A stretch of DNA of 64,000 bases, taken from Octopus vulgaris (taxonomy: Eukaryota). Below are positions 40,295 through 54,287 of this stretch, in pieces; the stretch's first letter is position 1, and each line of letters starts with the position of its first letter. Location: contig OX597817.1 in NCBI GenBank assembly GCA_951406725.2, positions 112,654,001 to 112,718,000 of the forward strand, read 5' to 3'. Under the pieces are notes generated by a model that ran no database searches, was not told the DNA's origin, and was given only the letters and a program-made list of their open reading frames with translations. The translations under genes and the position numbers were made by a program.

Positions 40295-40727
40295 ATATTC
40301 TATTGACAATCCAATAATTTATTTATATTACAATATTACATTCAATACTATGAATATAATATATAGCATAACATAATATTATATAACATAATTATAAAAA
40401 CCATAAAAGGCCAACAAAATGTTTTGACATACATATATTTTTCTGATCTACATAATTACAGTTTCATTACATATATAGTCACATCAGCCGTCCTTTCACA
40501 CAGAATTTCATCTTTTTCTAAACCAAAGACCCTGAAGTGATTATATATATAATGGAACTGTGATTATGTAGATCAGGAAAAATATATATGTCGAAACAAT
40601 TTGTTGGCCTTTTATGATTTTTCTAATCATTTATGTTATATAATATTATGTTATGTTATATATTATATTCATAGTATTAAATGTAATATTGTAATATAAA
40701 TAAATTACTGGATTGTCAATAGAATAT
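40295..40727. repeat. Inverted repeat (~195-bp arms, 44-bp spacer), probably PLE-terminus derived, with hammerhead-like motif
   Basis: 40295-40487 is the reverse complement of 40532-40727; aaagacc-CTGAAGT-ga...tc-GAAA-caatttg-TT-ggccttt. Confidence 0.8.
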
Positions 40728-40743
40728 CTTTATATTTAATTTA

Positions 40744-40789
<46 letters not shown>

Positions 40790-41179
40790 CATACATATAC
40801 ATACATACATACATGCATACATACATACATACATGTAGCCAGATTCTAACCAACCACCAAATGTTATTAAGCTTAAATCATTAGCAATCAGTAAACATAA
40901 GTAATCTCTCTGTTGATGAAGCAAGATTTTACATGGTCAGAGACAAATACAATCAAGCACTCACTAGTCTCAAGGATAAAAATACTATGGAATGTAACCC
41001 ATCCACTGCAAATACAATAAAACACTGCAACAACAGAATACAGTCTGATTCAATCCACTATTCAACAATTATAACAAAATTATAACATTATAATCTACAG
41101 AGAAAGATAATTCTTATTGATCAACAAACACTTCATACAACTTTATAACTTATTCAACAGTAGCAATATAAAATCCAGT

Positions 41180-41840
41180 TATTCTAAAACTCTTTCTATG
41201 ACAAAAGTCATTTTGTTGCATAATCCTTTAATATGATGCTGTGGACCAGTGTACCCTGTAAGTTTTATATTCAGTTTTGGATGCTGGTAGCAAAGGGCTT
41301 GGAATTTTTCAGCATTAAACTGCATATTATTGTCCTCTACCCATCTGTAAATTGAGTCCAACTCCTGCTACAGGTGTACATCATCACTGGGCTTCTGTAT
41401 TTTCTGTGAGACTTTCATATCGTCTGTATAGCCAGCAAGGATGGCTATTCAGACAGCTGAAGGCATATCTGAAAGGGCCACTATGAAAAGCAGTGGTCCC
41501 AAGACAGTGCCCTGTGGAACACTGCTCACTACTTTTGTTTTCTTTGGGGTGGTTCCATTGGCCACTCCTGCCTGGCATCTATCTTTCAGAAAGTCAAGTA
41601 ACCAAATGTAAATAATGCAAATAATGTACATAATTCCTCATCACTTAAATATAGAACTGTTGTGTAACCACTCTCCAAGTTTTCCAGCAATGCCAAGATT
41701 ATGTAGTTTGTGGCATATCATACCATGATACACTTTATCAAAAGCTTTTGCAAAGTCAAGGTATATTACGTCCACATTTGAGTTGTTGAGTATCTGCCTC
41801 AACACCCTGTCATAGTCCTGTAAGAGCTAGGTCAGGCATC
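41180..41840 (-). mobile_element. CR1-group LINE RT fragment, decayed
   Basis: YLDFAKAFDKV, VPQGTVLGPLLF and NNMQFNAEKFQAL motifs. Confidence 0.88.
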
Positions 41841-44800
41841 GACCACAGTCGGATGGTGCATTTTACGTGCCACTGGCAAAGAAGCCATTTGAGATGGTGT
41901 TGGCATTGGCCACATTCGGATGGTGCTTTTTACATGCCACCAGCACAGAAGCTATTTGGGGTGAGGGGGCTGGCACATGATTTTGTATGTATGTGTGTGT
42001 AAACATATATGTGTGTGTCTTTGTATGTATGTATGTATTTATATGTATATATGTATGTATATATGTGTGTGTATATGTATATGTGTGTGTATATGTTTAT
42101 GTGTGTGTATATGTATGTGTGAATATGTATATATACTTATATATGTCTTATGGGAATATGTACTTCTGAGTGTATGCACGTTTTTTTGTGTGTGTGTGTA
42201 TGTATGTATATGTGTATGACTGTATATCCTTATGTGTTAAGTGTATACGTTTTTTTCTATCACTTGTAAATTCGTAATAATTTTCTCCTTCATATATTCG
42301 TTTTTATTCCTACTTTTTCTGATTGTCTCCCCTACCCCGGGCTAGTTTTTGTGTAAGGTAACTCTCTCGAATACACTGGTCTTGTCTGTGATCAATGTTT
42401 TTTCCTTGTTAAGTTCTCTTTGTTTTTTTGTCTGTTTGTATGTACATTTTTAATTAAATATTGTAACTTCTTCAAACATAGTCTTGCCTATCACTTTTAG
42501 CCTCATGTAATATATATATATATATTCGTTTTTCAATATTAATATGTATATGTATAACTCTCTGTGTTTTTTTTCTGTTACATTATATTCTACTATACAC
42601 ACGTGGACCTGTTTACATTATACTTCATCTTGACCTGTTACCATTTTTTTAAACATACTTGTTAGATTTTTATTCTTATTTTTATGTTATAGTTTACTGA
42701 GTACACATTGACATGTCTAACATGCATACACATTGATATGTCTGTCTTATTTTCTCTTTTGTCACTCTCACTATTATTATTACGGTTATTTATTCCCTTT
42801 TACAACTTGTTTGTAAATATCTGATTTTTCCCTATTACCCCTTTTATATTCTTCCTTATTGTATCTTATTTTACTTTACTTTATTTTATTAAACCTTTTT
42901 TGATGTCCTTCCAAAAATTCTTCACACATGAGAATGCATAACTTTAATTATAATTATAATTACTATGATTATAATTTTTTTCTTTCATATTTGTATTGTC
43001 CTTTGAAACGAGTGTATGTATTGAATCCTATTTTGTATTAAATTTAATTTTGAAGCAACATCTTTTTCTCCTCCATTTTTCTATAATTGTTTATGGTATA
43101 TTTATACCTATGACGATATTTTTCAACTGCTATTTTCATATTCTTATTTACTTGCTCTGGCTGTTGTTTATGAATATGATGAATCTTTATTAGAAATCAT
43201 TCTTACTCTCTTTTTGGACCTCTCAAAAAGTTTGAATTGTTCTTTCTTGAACTTATTTTTTCCCATATATGCATATATATATATATATATTTATTTATTA
43301 TTTATTATTTAATTGAATGCGATGCGTTCATTCCCAAATAAGTTTATCTGAACTTTTTTGAGGCGACTTTCTACTCTATACTCTTTCCTTCCTCCAGCCT
43401 TCTCTAATTCTCTTTTTCTCCCCCCTTTCACTGTTTTCTATTTGTGTGTCTCTTTCACCCCTCTTTCTCTTTCTCTCTCTCACTCGTTGCTCACATGTGA
43501 CCATCGTCCATCTTTCTTTTCCTCATCTGACCATCTTTCTTTTCCTGCACGGATGTTCGAAAGAATGGATGTGTTTTTTCCTCTCTTTTTTATTTTTTCC
43601 TCTTTAAAAAAAAAATGTTTGTCCCAGCACTTACTATGTTCCCCTCATTCTTGTCTACTGATCCTCCACGTTTGTTTTAATTTGGTTTCCTTGTATGTCT
43701 CTAATATCATGATTTTGTTCCCAACTTTAACCCTCCATAAATCCAAAATTTTATTTTAGAATTTATGGGAGCATCTGTCTTTGAAGACTCATATTGTCGT
43801 TGAATGCTTGAAATGAGGAGTAGATAGACAGCCAACAACTAATAAAGTAGCCTTTCTCTGTGTTTACTTGTTCTGTTTTCCATTTTTTTTTTGTTGTTTA
43901 TGTATTTAACTCATTTGTTTAGATATTTCATAGTATTTACACCATTGGTGATATCCTGTACCCATATATGCATGTATATATATTACATATTGCCTGAGGA
44001 AACAGTAGATCTCATAATGCAGCGAAACAGCTGCATAATCAAGTACTCGAATGCCAGGAGAATTACGTTGCATGGAAACAATTGTAGTTTTTAAAAAATA
44101 AATGTTGAACCATACTCCTTCTTGTTGACTCCAAATTTTTTCAATTATATATATATCATCATCATCATCGTTTAATGTTTGCTTTCCATGCTAGCATGGG
44201 TTGGATGATTTGACTGAGGGCTGGCAAACCATATGGCTGCACCAGGCTTCAATCTTGATCTGGCAGAGTTTCTACAGCTGGATGCCCTTCCTAACGCCAA
44301 CCATTCTGAGAGTGTAGTGGGTGCTTTTACGTGCCACCAGCACGGGGCCAGTCAGGCAGTACTGGCAACGACCTCACTCAAATCTTTTACACATGCCACC
44401 AGCATGTATATATCTATAAATATCTATCTATACATATATACACATATATATATGTGTGTGTGTATGCACTACACACACACACATGGTGTTTCCAGAACTC
44501 AGAACTCAATTTTGCTGAGTTGAGCAAGTCTTCTCATGAACTGTGTATTGCCAGTCATCCCGGCCCTTTATCATCTCCATGAGGCTCAGGTTCCTGACGT
44601 CAGCCTTCACCACAGTGTTCATGTCTTCTTGGGTTTCCCTCTCCACAATGTACATCATCATCCTTTACTGTCCATTTTCCATGTTGGCATGGGTTGTGCG
44701 ATTTGACCAGAGCTGGCAAGCAGGAGAACTATACCAGGTTCCAGTCTGATTTGGCTTGGTTTCTATGACTGGATGCCCTTCCTAACACCAACCACTTTAC

Positions 44801-45261
44801 AGTATGTGCTGGGTACTTTTAACATGGCACCAGCACAAGCACTTTTATGTGGTAACAGCATAAGTTCTTTTTACGTGACACCAGCACAGTACCAGCACTC
44901 CTGCAGGCCAATCTTCTTCATTAGGGGGAAAGCATTAGCACTTTTGCAGTGGAGAATGGGTCTTCTGGCAAGGCACCAGATGTCTCATTCCTTTGTCATT
45001 TCCTCATATTTAATAATACAATAATTTTTTTTTTTTTTTTTTTTTTGCAATTCACAAAAGTGTCTTCTTAATGTATAAACCAGTACACTTCATTACCAAG
45101 GGATTAAGCTCGATGAATTTTTTCCCTATATCAGCCCAATCCAAGATTTGAAACCAAGTCATAATATTCATAAGTAGGTAACAGCTGGATAATTAAACAT
45201 ACTAAGAAATACATAATTGTAATTATATTCACATGTAGATATAATGTGACAGACATATATA

Positions 45262-45763
45262 CAGGGTGGCCATAAAGTCACGCACCATCCTGCAACATGT
45301 GAAATTGCTAACTTTTCACAACTGCCAATATTACTCACAAACGAATCCTCACTGGATGGAGGCAGATAATAAACAAGGTGGGGGCAAGGTAATGGTGTGG
45401 TGTGGAATTTGGCACAATCAAATAACTAGACCATTTTATTTTGAGGATGCTGTGACAGGTGATTCGTATCTGGACATGCTTGGCAACAAGATGATGCCTC
45501 ATGAGCATTCACATGGAAGGGGATATCCTGTCTGGTTTCAGCAAGATGGAGCTCCGGCCCGTTATGCATTACAGGTTTGTGACTTTCTGAATGAACATTT
45601 TCCAGGGAGCTGGCTTGGGTTCATTGCAATTTTAAAATTCTGTATGAACACTTGGTTAGAGCTACATGGCCAACACTTCGAACATTTGTAATGGATTACC
45701 TACTTCATTGCTAATAAAGCATACTTGATATCACCCATGGTGCATGACCTTGTGGCCACTCAG
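45262..45763 (+). mobile_element. Internally deleted Tc1/mariner-superfamily element
   Basis: TA|cagggtggccataaagtcacgcacca ... tggtgcatgaccttgtggccactcag|TA; VMVWCGI...GDSYLDML...WFQQDGAP. Confidence 0.85.
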
Positions 45764-46109
45764 TAGTTACAGTCACTCAAACAATCACTTAAATGTGAGT
45801 GTGTGTGTGTGTGTGTGTGTGTTTAATGCATCAACATAACATGTAAAAAATTATAAATGATTCAATATATGGAAAGTACATTTATGTGTTTAAAACATGC
45901 TTTACTACCGATTCAAACTAGTCTTGCTGTGAAAGGAAATATAGGCAATATACTCAAACTTCTTGGTCATGTAGTGCATGTATTCAACAGTTTTCAAACA
46001 TTTCTAGGCCACTATCAGCTCTGTTTTGCTCTGGCACCATGATATTGATATATCTACAGAACACACACACTCACACACACACACACTCTCTCTCACTTGT
46101 ATGTATGTA

Positions 46110-46182
<73 letters not shown>

Positions 46183-46409
46183 ATGTATGTATGTATGTAT
46201 GTATGTGTGTATGTATAACTAGAGATATGTTCATTTTTTTTAAATGACCTTGAGCTGATATAGTTAAATAAACTCTGATGAGGGTTTTGAATAATCAAAG
46301 CCCATCATCTGTTCAATATCTATGACATACTGTTGAGAATTTACGATGTATTCCTCAACTATGTATATTTTAAACCTAAACAAACCCTGAATTCATATAT
46401 ACACACACA

Positions 46410-46735
46410 TTCAGTGGTTAGTGTCAGGCTCACAATCATGAGGTAGGGAGTTTGATTCCTGGACCAGGCTATGTGCTTATTCTTGAACAAGACACATTAT
46501 TTCACATTGCTCTTGTTCACTCAGTTGTAGAAAAGAGTTACAATATCACTAGTGCCAAGCTGTAGTGGTCTTTGCCTTTCCGTTGGATAACATCAGTAAC
46601 ATGGAGAGGGGAGGCTGGTATGTATGGGTGACTGCTGGTCTTCTGTGAACAACCTTGCCCGGACTTGTGCCTCAGAGGATAACTTTCTAGGAGCAATCCC
46701 ATGGTCATTCATGACCAAAAGAGGTCTTTACCCTT
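46410..46735 (+). mobile_element. tRNA-derived SINE (family D)
   Basis: cagtggttag...gagtttgattcct head, then ttgaacaagacac...cactcagttgta; related minus-strand pieces near 22120-22265 and 60780-60890. Confidence 0.6.
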
Positions 46736-46985
46736 ATATATATATATATATATATATTGTATGCGCATGTGTGTACATGCACACATGCACACACACATAC
46801 ACAAATTAGTAGTGCAATATATGGATTCATAGAATCTTGAGGTCATCATCACAGAAAGCTCCTCTAGTGGACCTGGCTATCATACCATATAGTCATCCTA
46901 TATGGAGGAGTATAATGCAGAGTTCTATGCAACCCAAATCCAGGAGATCCAATTGATGAAATCATTTCATGTGATGAGTTGTATA

Positions 46986-47390
46986 TAAACCATATAAAGT
47001 CAAGAGGTATAGGGGGTGCATATATTTATTATCCTTGTTATCCTTAGGATTATGGCTGTTTTGCAGCCTTCATCATGTAATAATAATTTCAGTGAATAGT
47101 AAAATATTTTGCATGTCCATGCCAATTTGCATGCTATGCATTGTCTTATTCAATTGTACATTTACAAATCAATGCAGATAAATAGCTTTCTTTATTTGCA
47201 TTGATTTGTAAATATACAAGTGTATTGTATAATTCATAACATGCATATTGGTGCAAACATGTAAAATAATTTCTTATATACTGAAATTATCATAACATGA
47301 TAAGGCTGTGAAATTGGCTGTAATCCTAAAGATAACAAGTGGTTAAATAAACATATTCACCTCTCATACCTCCTGAGGTTTTATGTTTTA
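46986..47390. mobile_element. ~400-bp palindromic (foldback) MITE-like element
   Basis: The halves are imperfect reverse complements about ~47185 (atttacaaatcaatgca / tgcattgatttgtaaat; gaggtat / atacctc). Confidence 0.7.
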
Positions 47391-47393
47391 TGG

Positions 47394-47519
<126 letters not shown>

Positions 47520-47549
47520 TACATATACATATTTATATATATATACTAG

Positions 47550-49360
47550 CAGTGGCAACATCGACTCCAAAGTTAAAAAGCTCAACAAGGAAGGAAACGA
47601 GAAAAGTGCAAACAATCACAATCCTAACACCTCCCAAAGCAGCAATGTAGAAGTAGAAAAAGACACCAGATGAAAGCCAGGTGAAAATGATTTTAAAATA
47701 AAAACCCAAATATCAGAGAAAAAGGTCTATCTGAGAAGTTTCACAAAAGAGTTGTCTGCTGGCATGGAGAGAGAGGGACAAACTGCCACTTTGCACACCC
47801 AACACTGGAGCAAAATCCATCACTCACCCAACGAAGGAAACAACCACACTTAGAAAAATCTATATCCCAGCGCAAGCCTGCAGAAAAGAAGGCCAGACAG
47901 AAGTCATATGGATGCAGTGATTGAGCAAGAACATTTTCAAGTGTGACACAGGAAATAGTGCAATGGTTGTCATGGCTACAGACAAAGCTGAGCAATGCAC
48001 CCTCACACACAAGACCGCCACAATTGATGGACCCGGGCTGGCCACCAAACCACCCATCACACCAACACCAACACCATATCTACTAATGAGGCCTGCTGCA
48101 GAACAACAGCAAATACAAAATTGAGCACCTGAAGAATCTTCCTGCATGCAATCAAGCCATATGCATTGCACTTACAGAAACACATCTATCTGCAGACATA
48201 AGTGATGCGGAGATACACATACCAATGTATTCTATCTTCTGTACAGATAGAAGAAAAGGCAGTCATGGTGAAGTTGCAATGTGCATCCACAAATAACCCT
48301 GTTATTGAACTCGAACTTGGTGTGTGACACACTCATAGTACAGCTAAAGCAACTTGATATAGGGATATGCATACTATATCACCTATCTGATGCCTCAAAC
48401 CATGATGGAAAGTTTGAGGAAGGCCTCAGTGTGATAAAGGAAGTACTAGCACAACTGGATCAACGTACTACTATATTCCTGATGGGTGACTTCAACTTCC
48501 CCAACATCAGGTGGCCTGGGGGCAATATAACCCCAGGAATGACGCACAAAGAGCAAAATCAAGCAGAATCTCTACTTGATGTTACAAAAATGATATTCAT
48601 GGAGCAGATCATACTCTCTTCAACCAGGCACAAACATATCCTGGACTTCTGCTTTACAAACAATGTGGAAATTATCCACAACAATGTTCTCAGCCGTGTT
48701 TGACCTGGGGGTTCACATGAGCAATGATACAACATTCCATGTGCATATTACCAAGATGGCAGCACTCTGCAGGTGAGTAGCTGGCTGGATTCTGAGGAAA
48801 TTCAGAACCAAGAAAATGGAGGCTCTGCTACTCCTATGGAAGACATTTGTTCTCAGCTGCTTGGATTACTGCTCCCAACTATGGTCCCCAGGGAGTGTGA
48901 AACAAACTGTGGAACTAGAAGCAATCCAGCACCAATACACAAAGACTATTGACTCAATGGAAAAGATGGGCTGGGAGAGGCTAAAGGAGCTGAGTCTCTA
49001 TTCCCTGGAGAGAAGATGAGAAAGATGTGTGGTGATATATATTTGGAAGATCTTGTAGGTTATAGTTTCCAATTTTGGAATTGACAGTTATACCAATCCT
49101 CGAACTGGACAGCACTGCATCATACCACAGATTCTGTCATCCCCATCTAAAATAAAGACACAGTACTGCAATAGTCTGGGTTTCAAGAGCCTGCAATTGT
49201 TCAACATCCTTCCAGGCAACCTTAGAGATCTACATGGTGTTGATATGGAAGTTTTCAAAGAACGTCTGGACAGGTTGCTATCTGAGATACCAGATGAACC
49301 CACATCATGGCAGGAGATGCACCAGCATGACCTCAGCCCTGGGCTGAAAACAGTAAAAGA
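47550..49360 (+). mobile_element. Internally deleted CR1-group LINE: ORF1 remnant, AP endonuclease, RT C-terminus, 3' tail
   Basis: VCWH...CHFAHP zinc-finger-like; IALTETHL, MGDFNFP, ILDFCFTN; then jumps near 48690 to DLGV...LDYCSQLWSP...IPDEP. Confidence 0.85.
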
Positions 49361-49880
49361 TATATATATATATATATATTCACACAAAGTGAAACTAATA
49401 GAAACAAAACTATAGAAAGTGAAACCATAGAAAAGTAAAATTATTATACATCACATTAAAATAGAGATGTTATTGTTTCACTTTTGACATGTAATAGCAA
49501 AACAGTCTAAGAGATTGCTCCAGGCTCACATTAGGCAAGAAGTTAAAATTTTTTGGCTCATGACACTCCATGGACCCTAAGTAAGGCATGTGTAAAATTT
49601 GAATGAAGTCAGACAGACAGACTGACAGATAGACAGATAGACAGACATCCATTCTCAGTTTTATATATCTAGATATACATAGGGGCAAGTGTGGGTGTGA
49701 GGTAAGACAAGGCACAAGTGTAGCTATGTGGTAAAAAGCTTGCTTTCAAACTTTGTGGAATTTTCTTGTGTTGTATGTCTTGTACTGTTTTTTCGTTGTT
49801 TAAAAAATTGTCCGTTTCCTTGGTTTTGTTTTTATGCTTTCGTTTCTCATTGTGTTCGACGTTTTTTTGGTGTCCTGTAC

Positions 49881-49925
<45 letters not shown>

Positions 49926-49980
49926 CACACATATATATATTCATTTACATACATACAGATATATATATATAGAGAGAGAG

Positions 49981-51720
49981 AGGAAAATGTGTTGTTGAAA
50001 ATGCACTTAAATTTCAAAAGGTCATAAATGTTTAAAATACATTTATTTACATATATACCAAACTAGTTTCAACAATATTTTTTGTTTATCAATGGTAAAA
50101 GTGTAAAATTAGAAAAACATTGTTATAAGTTTCAATGTTGACAAATCAAAGTGTTTCAATGTTGACAAACTGAAATGTTTCAATGTTGTTAAATTCAAAT
50201 GTTTCAATGTTGATAAATTATCATGTTCAAAACAGAAGGTGTAAGTTTGAAATTAAAACTGTATATTAATTTGTTAGAATGTACAAGGTTCATTTATTTC
50301 AGTGGTGGTCGACAAGTCATACTGAAAAAAATCCGGTGTGAGGATTAAAATAGTAAAAAAAGCAGGAAATTGTGGTTTCTCAGATCTTTAAACAGTCACT
50401 TCAGCTTGCAATGGTATGTTTTAGGGAAAGATGTATTTATAAATTTTTCTCTGCGAGCGGATCTGATTTTGATTCGTTAAAAAATTAATGGCATTTTTCT
50501 ACTGTGGTGAAGCTTGTCGTTCTGCTTGGTTGGTTTCCTTGCAGTATATGGTTATATGTCGTTCTGGTTGGTTGGTTCTCTTAAAGGGTCTTTTCGTTTG
50601 GTTTGGAATTATGTAATGTCAACAACTGGTGTTTGTGGAATTTCATTGGACTGGAGGTGGGTGACATCAGCATCTTGTATTTATGTGACGATTTGGAGCT
50701 GCTCTTTCGAAACCCAGGTGAAAGATTGTTACTAAAATTTTATTGTTTTTTTTGTGTTGAAATTGGGTGTTTTTTCGCTTCTTTATACTGCATTTTATAT
50801 TTAAAAATCTAAACCACAGTTAAATATTCTTTAGAAAGAAGAAAAAGCAGTATAAAGAAGAGAAAAAACACCCAATTTCAACACAAAAAAACAATAAAAT
50901 TTTAGTAACAATCTTCCACCCGGGTTTCGGAACCACAGCTCCAAATCACCACATAAATACAAGATGCTGACGTCACCCACCTCCAGTCAAATGAAATTCC
51001 ACAAACTCAAGTTGCTGACGTCACATAATTCCAAACCAATCAAAACCGAACTTTTACAAATACAACGAAAAGACCCTTTAAGAGAACCAACCAACCTTAA
51101 TGACCTATAACCATATCCTGCAAGGAAACCAACCAAGCAGAACGACAAGCTTCACCACAGAAGAAAAACGTCATCAATTTTTTAATGAATCAAAATCAGA
51201 TCCGCTCGCAGAGAAAAATTTATAAATACATCTTTCCCTAAAACATACCATTGCAAGCTGAAGTGACTGTTTAAAGATCTGAGAAACTGTAATTTCCCCA
51301 CTTTTTTTACTATTTTAATTCTCACACTGATTTTTTTCAGTATATCATGTCGATCACCACTGAAATTAATGAACCTTGTACATTCTAACAAATTAATATA
51401 CAGTTTTAATTTCAAACTTACACCTTCTGTTTTGAACATGATAATTTATCAACATTGAAACATTTGAATTTAACAACATTGAAACATTTCAGTTTGTCAA
51501 CATTGAAACATTTTGATTTGTCAACATTGAAACTTATAACGATGTTTTTCTAATTTTACACTTTTCAGCATTGATAAACAAAAAATATTGTTGAAACTAG
51601 TTTGGTATATCTGTAAATAAATGTATTTTAAACATTTACGAGCTTTTGAAATTTAAGTGCATTTTCAACAACACATTTTCCTATAATTTTTCCCTGTGTG
51701 GAAACACCACTCCCTCTTTT

Positions 51721-51723
<3 letters not shown>
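49981..51723. repeat. Long inverted repeat (~810-835-bp arms, ~55-bp spacer), probably PLE-terminus derived
   Basis: 49981-50791 is the reverse complement of 50847-51682; 41-nt tail on one arm only; decayed hammerhead TTGATAA...GAAACTAGTT; internal 24-bp tandem repeats. Confidence 0.85.
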
Positions 51724-51762
<39 letters not shown>

Positions 51763-51934
51763 TATACATATATATATATATGCTTATGCAGAGTTTGACC
51801 ACCTCCTGCATCTACACCTTAGCACCATCATGGCATCTGATGTGGCTTTTTAAATCAGACAATGTTCAGAAAAGATACCCACATAGATCTGGACCACCCG
51901 TTTCAGGATCCTTGGCACATTATGTCTTTTCTTT

Positions 51935-52355
51935 TGTCAGTCAGCTGGTTACTGCACCTTCCTGCAAGTACTCATCTAGCTGTTGTGCTGTCCTTTCATG
52001 GAGTCCTGTCAGTTTCTTCATCCAATACCCTTGGACCCCATCTGGTCCTGGGCTCTTCCAGTTTGGGTATCTTCTTAACTGCTTTTTTATTATTTCTGTA
52101 GTTATCTTTATGTCTTCTTGGACTTCTATATTTCTTAACTTATCTTGGATTTCATGCAGCCACTCCACTTCATCATTATGCTCTACAGGTTGGTTCCAGA
52201 GCCCTCTCCAGAATGCCTTGATTTCCTTTGCATCTGGCATCATTGTTATGTGTATTTACCCATCTAGTTCCTCAAACAGTTTCTTCTGATTTGCTTCAAA
52301 GAATCTGTTTTGCCTGAACTGTCTTTTTCTATTGTCATATCTTTCCAGTTTTGCC
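51935..52355 (-). mobile_element. R4/Dong-clade non-LTR retrotransposon fragment
   Basis: FWRGLWNQPVEHN...WL...NWKSPGPDGVQGYWMKKLT. Confidence 0.75.
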
Positions 52356-53284
52356 AAGGCCTGAAATTTGGGGGAGGGATCTAGTTGATTTCATTGACCC
52401 AGTGTTTAACCGGTATTTATTTGAAAGGATGGAAGGCAAAATTGACCTTGGCAAGATTTGAGCTCCGAACATAATGAGTCAGAAGAAATACTGGTAAGCA
52501 TTTTGTTCAGTGTACTAATGATTCAGCCAGGTCCCTGTTTTAACAAACATTTATAATAAGAATAACATCACATTATCAAACATCAGCAAGGGAAAAGAAA
52601 TGTTTATTTTAAATACTTGTTGTAGTTTGGTTTCTCTGCTAATTTTGTCACTGTCAACCTTAATATGTTAAATGATATTCTCTCTGAGAATATTGATGTC
52701 ACTGGTTCTGCATAAAAGTGACTTTATATATTTATGTTTGCGTGTGTGTGTGTGTGTGTTGTCATCATCATCATCATCATCATTATTATTACTGTTGTTG
52801 TTGTTGTTCTCAGAAATCTTTTGTTAGCACAAACATTTTTTGAATGCTTTTATGTCAAACATAATGCATTGTAAGCTGCAGTTTTTGAGATCATGTTATT
52901 TAACATTTATTACCATTCAGTGTCATATTCTTGCAGTTTGGTTTTCAACCTATGTGCATGTGAATGATCATAGCAGCTGTTGGAGAGAACCCTCTTGATC
53001 ATGTACCAAATGACACAATACTTACACTACTCCATAGGTTCACATCTCCTTGAGCTCAGCAAGCCAAAAATAATAAGAATATCATATTCAATTTAATAAA
53101 TTCTCACCTCTTAGATCAGACAAAAGAATTTCTCAATATTTGTTTAAAATATTTCATTGATTACATCAATAAAATTTTCTGCATTTACTATTCAATCACA
53201 AGAAAATATAACTTTATAGATATTTGTTTTTATCTCACAGTGGCATTTTCATTTTTGCTTTGATTATTTCTGAGTTTAGTCTTA

Positions 53285-53985
53285 GTTCCTTCTCTTCCTA
53301 ATGGAACATTGGGTGACAAGTTGTCTCCACTGAGTGCAATCTGCTACAGCTACTTTTGCATCAGTCCAGATCAATTGCAGTTCCTGTAAGTCTTCATGGA
53401 GAGTACTGCACAAGTTTTGGGGCATTCTTTCTCTCCGTCATTTTCTCCCAGTCAGTATCCATGTCAATGCAGTGTAAAACAGCCTGTGTTCTGATAGCTG
53501 TATTATATGTCTGATAAGTTGCAACATTCGTTTCTTGACAATATCTGATAGGTAGTCTATCGCTGACCACTGCAATGTCCTCCTCAATGGTGATGTAGAC
53601 CTTCCATGATACTCCAAGTATAACACAAATGCATCACCTATGGAAGACATCCAATTTATTGCTGATGCTAGCAGTACTTTTCCACATCTTGCATGCATAG
53701 ATAGCAGTAGGCACTACAATCAACATGTAGAGACCAATTTTCACATCTTTGGTGATGGAATTATTGGATCATACTGGACAGTCATCTGAATACATCTGGA
53801 GCTTGTCTGACACAGGCTTGTATGTCAACTTTCGCATCACCATCATTATGGATGGTGCTTCCAAGATATTTGAAATTCATTTCTGAACTACTGAAGTATA
53901 ATTCATCAATGGTTACAGCAGGTCTAAAATGCATGCTCAGCTCTGATAATGTCAAAGATTGCAAATACAAAACATTACTGGTTCA
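53285..53985 (-). mobile_element. RTE-clade LINE 3' fragment
   Basis: FKYLGSTI..DG...DIQAC and RMLQLIRHII..SEHRL..ALTW..TGRK. Confidence 0.75.
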
Positions 53986-54101
53986 CTATTGACAAAAATG
54001 TATTCAATTGATTAGCTTATCTCATGGAACAATAACAAAACAGGCTGAAGAAATTTCAGGAGTTATCAAGGGTATGCTGTATAAGAGAATAAGAGTATAA
54101 G

Positions 54102-54287
54102 GCAGTGGCTCCCAACCTTTGCACAATGGTTCCCAACAGTAGTTCCCAACCCTTTTATTTAAATGAGTTTTCTTACAGACCCCTTTTAATATACTTATTC
54201 TTATGTATAAAATTTAGTTCACAGACCCCCACTCCCACTAGTACTACCTTTGTGGACCACCAGGGGTTTCAGGTTGGTAAACACTGG
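54102..54287. mobile_element. hAT-type MITE
   Basis: cagtggctcccaacc ... ggttggtaaacactg termini. Confidence 0.6.

Noticed and set aside
50129-50220. 24-bp repeats as a possible CRISPR-like array
   Set aside because: Head-to-tail with no unique spacers, eukaryotic context, inside an inverted-repeat arm.
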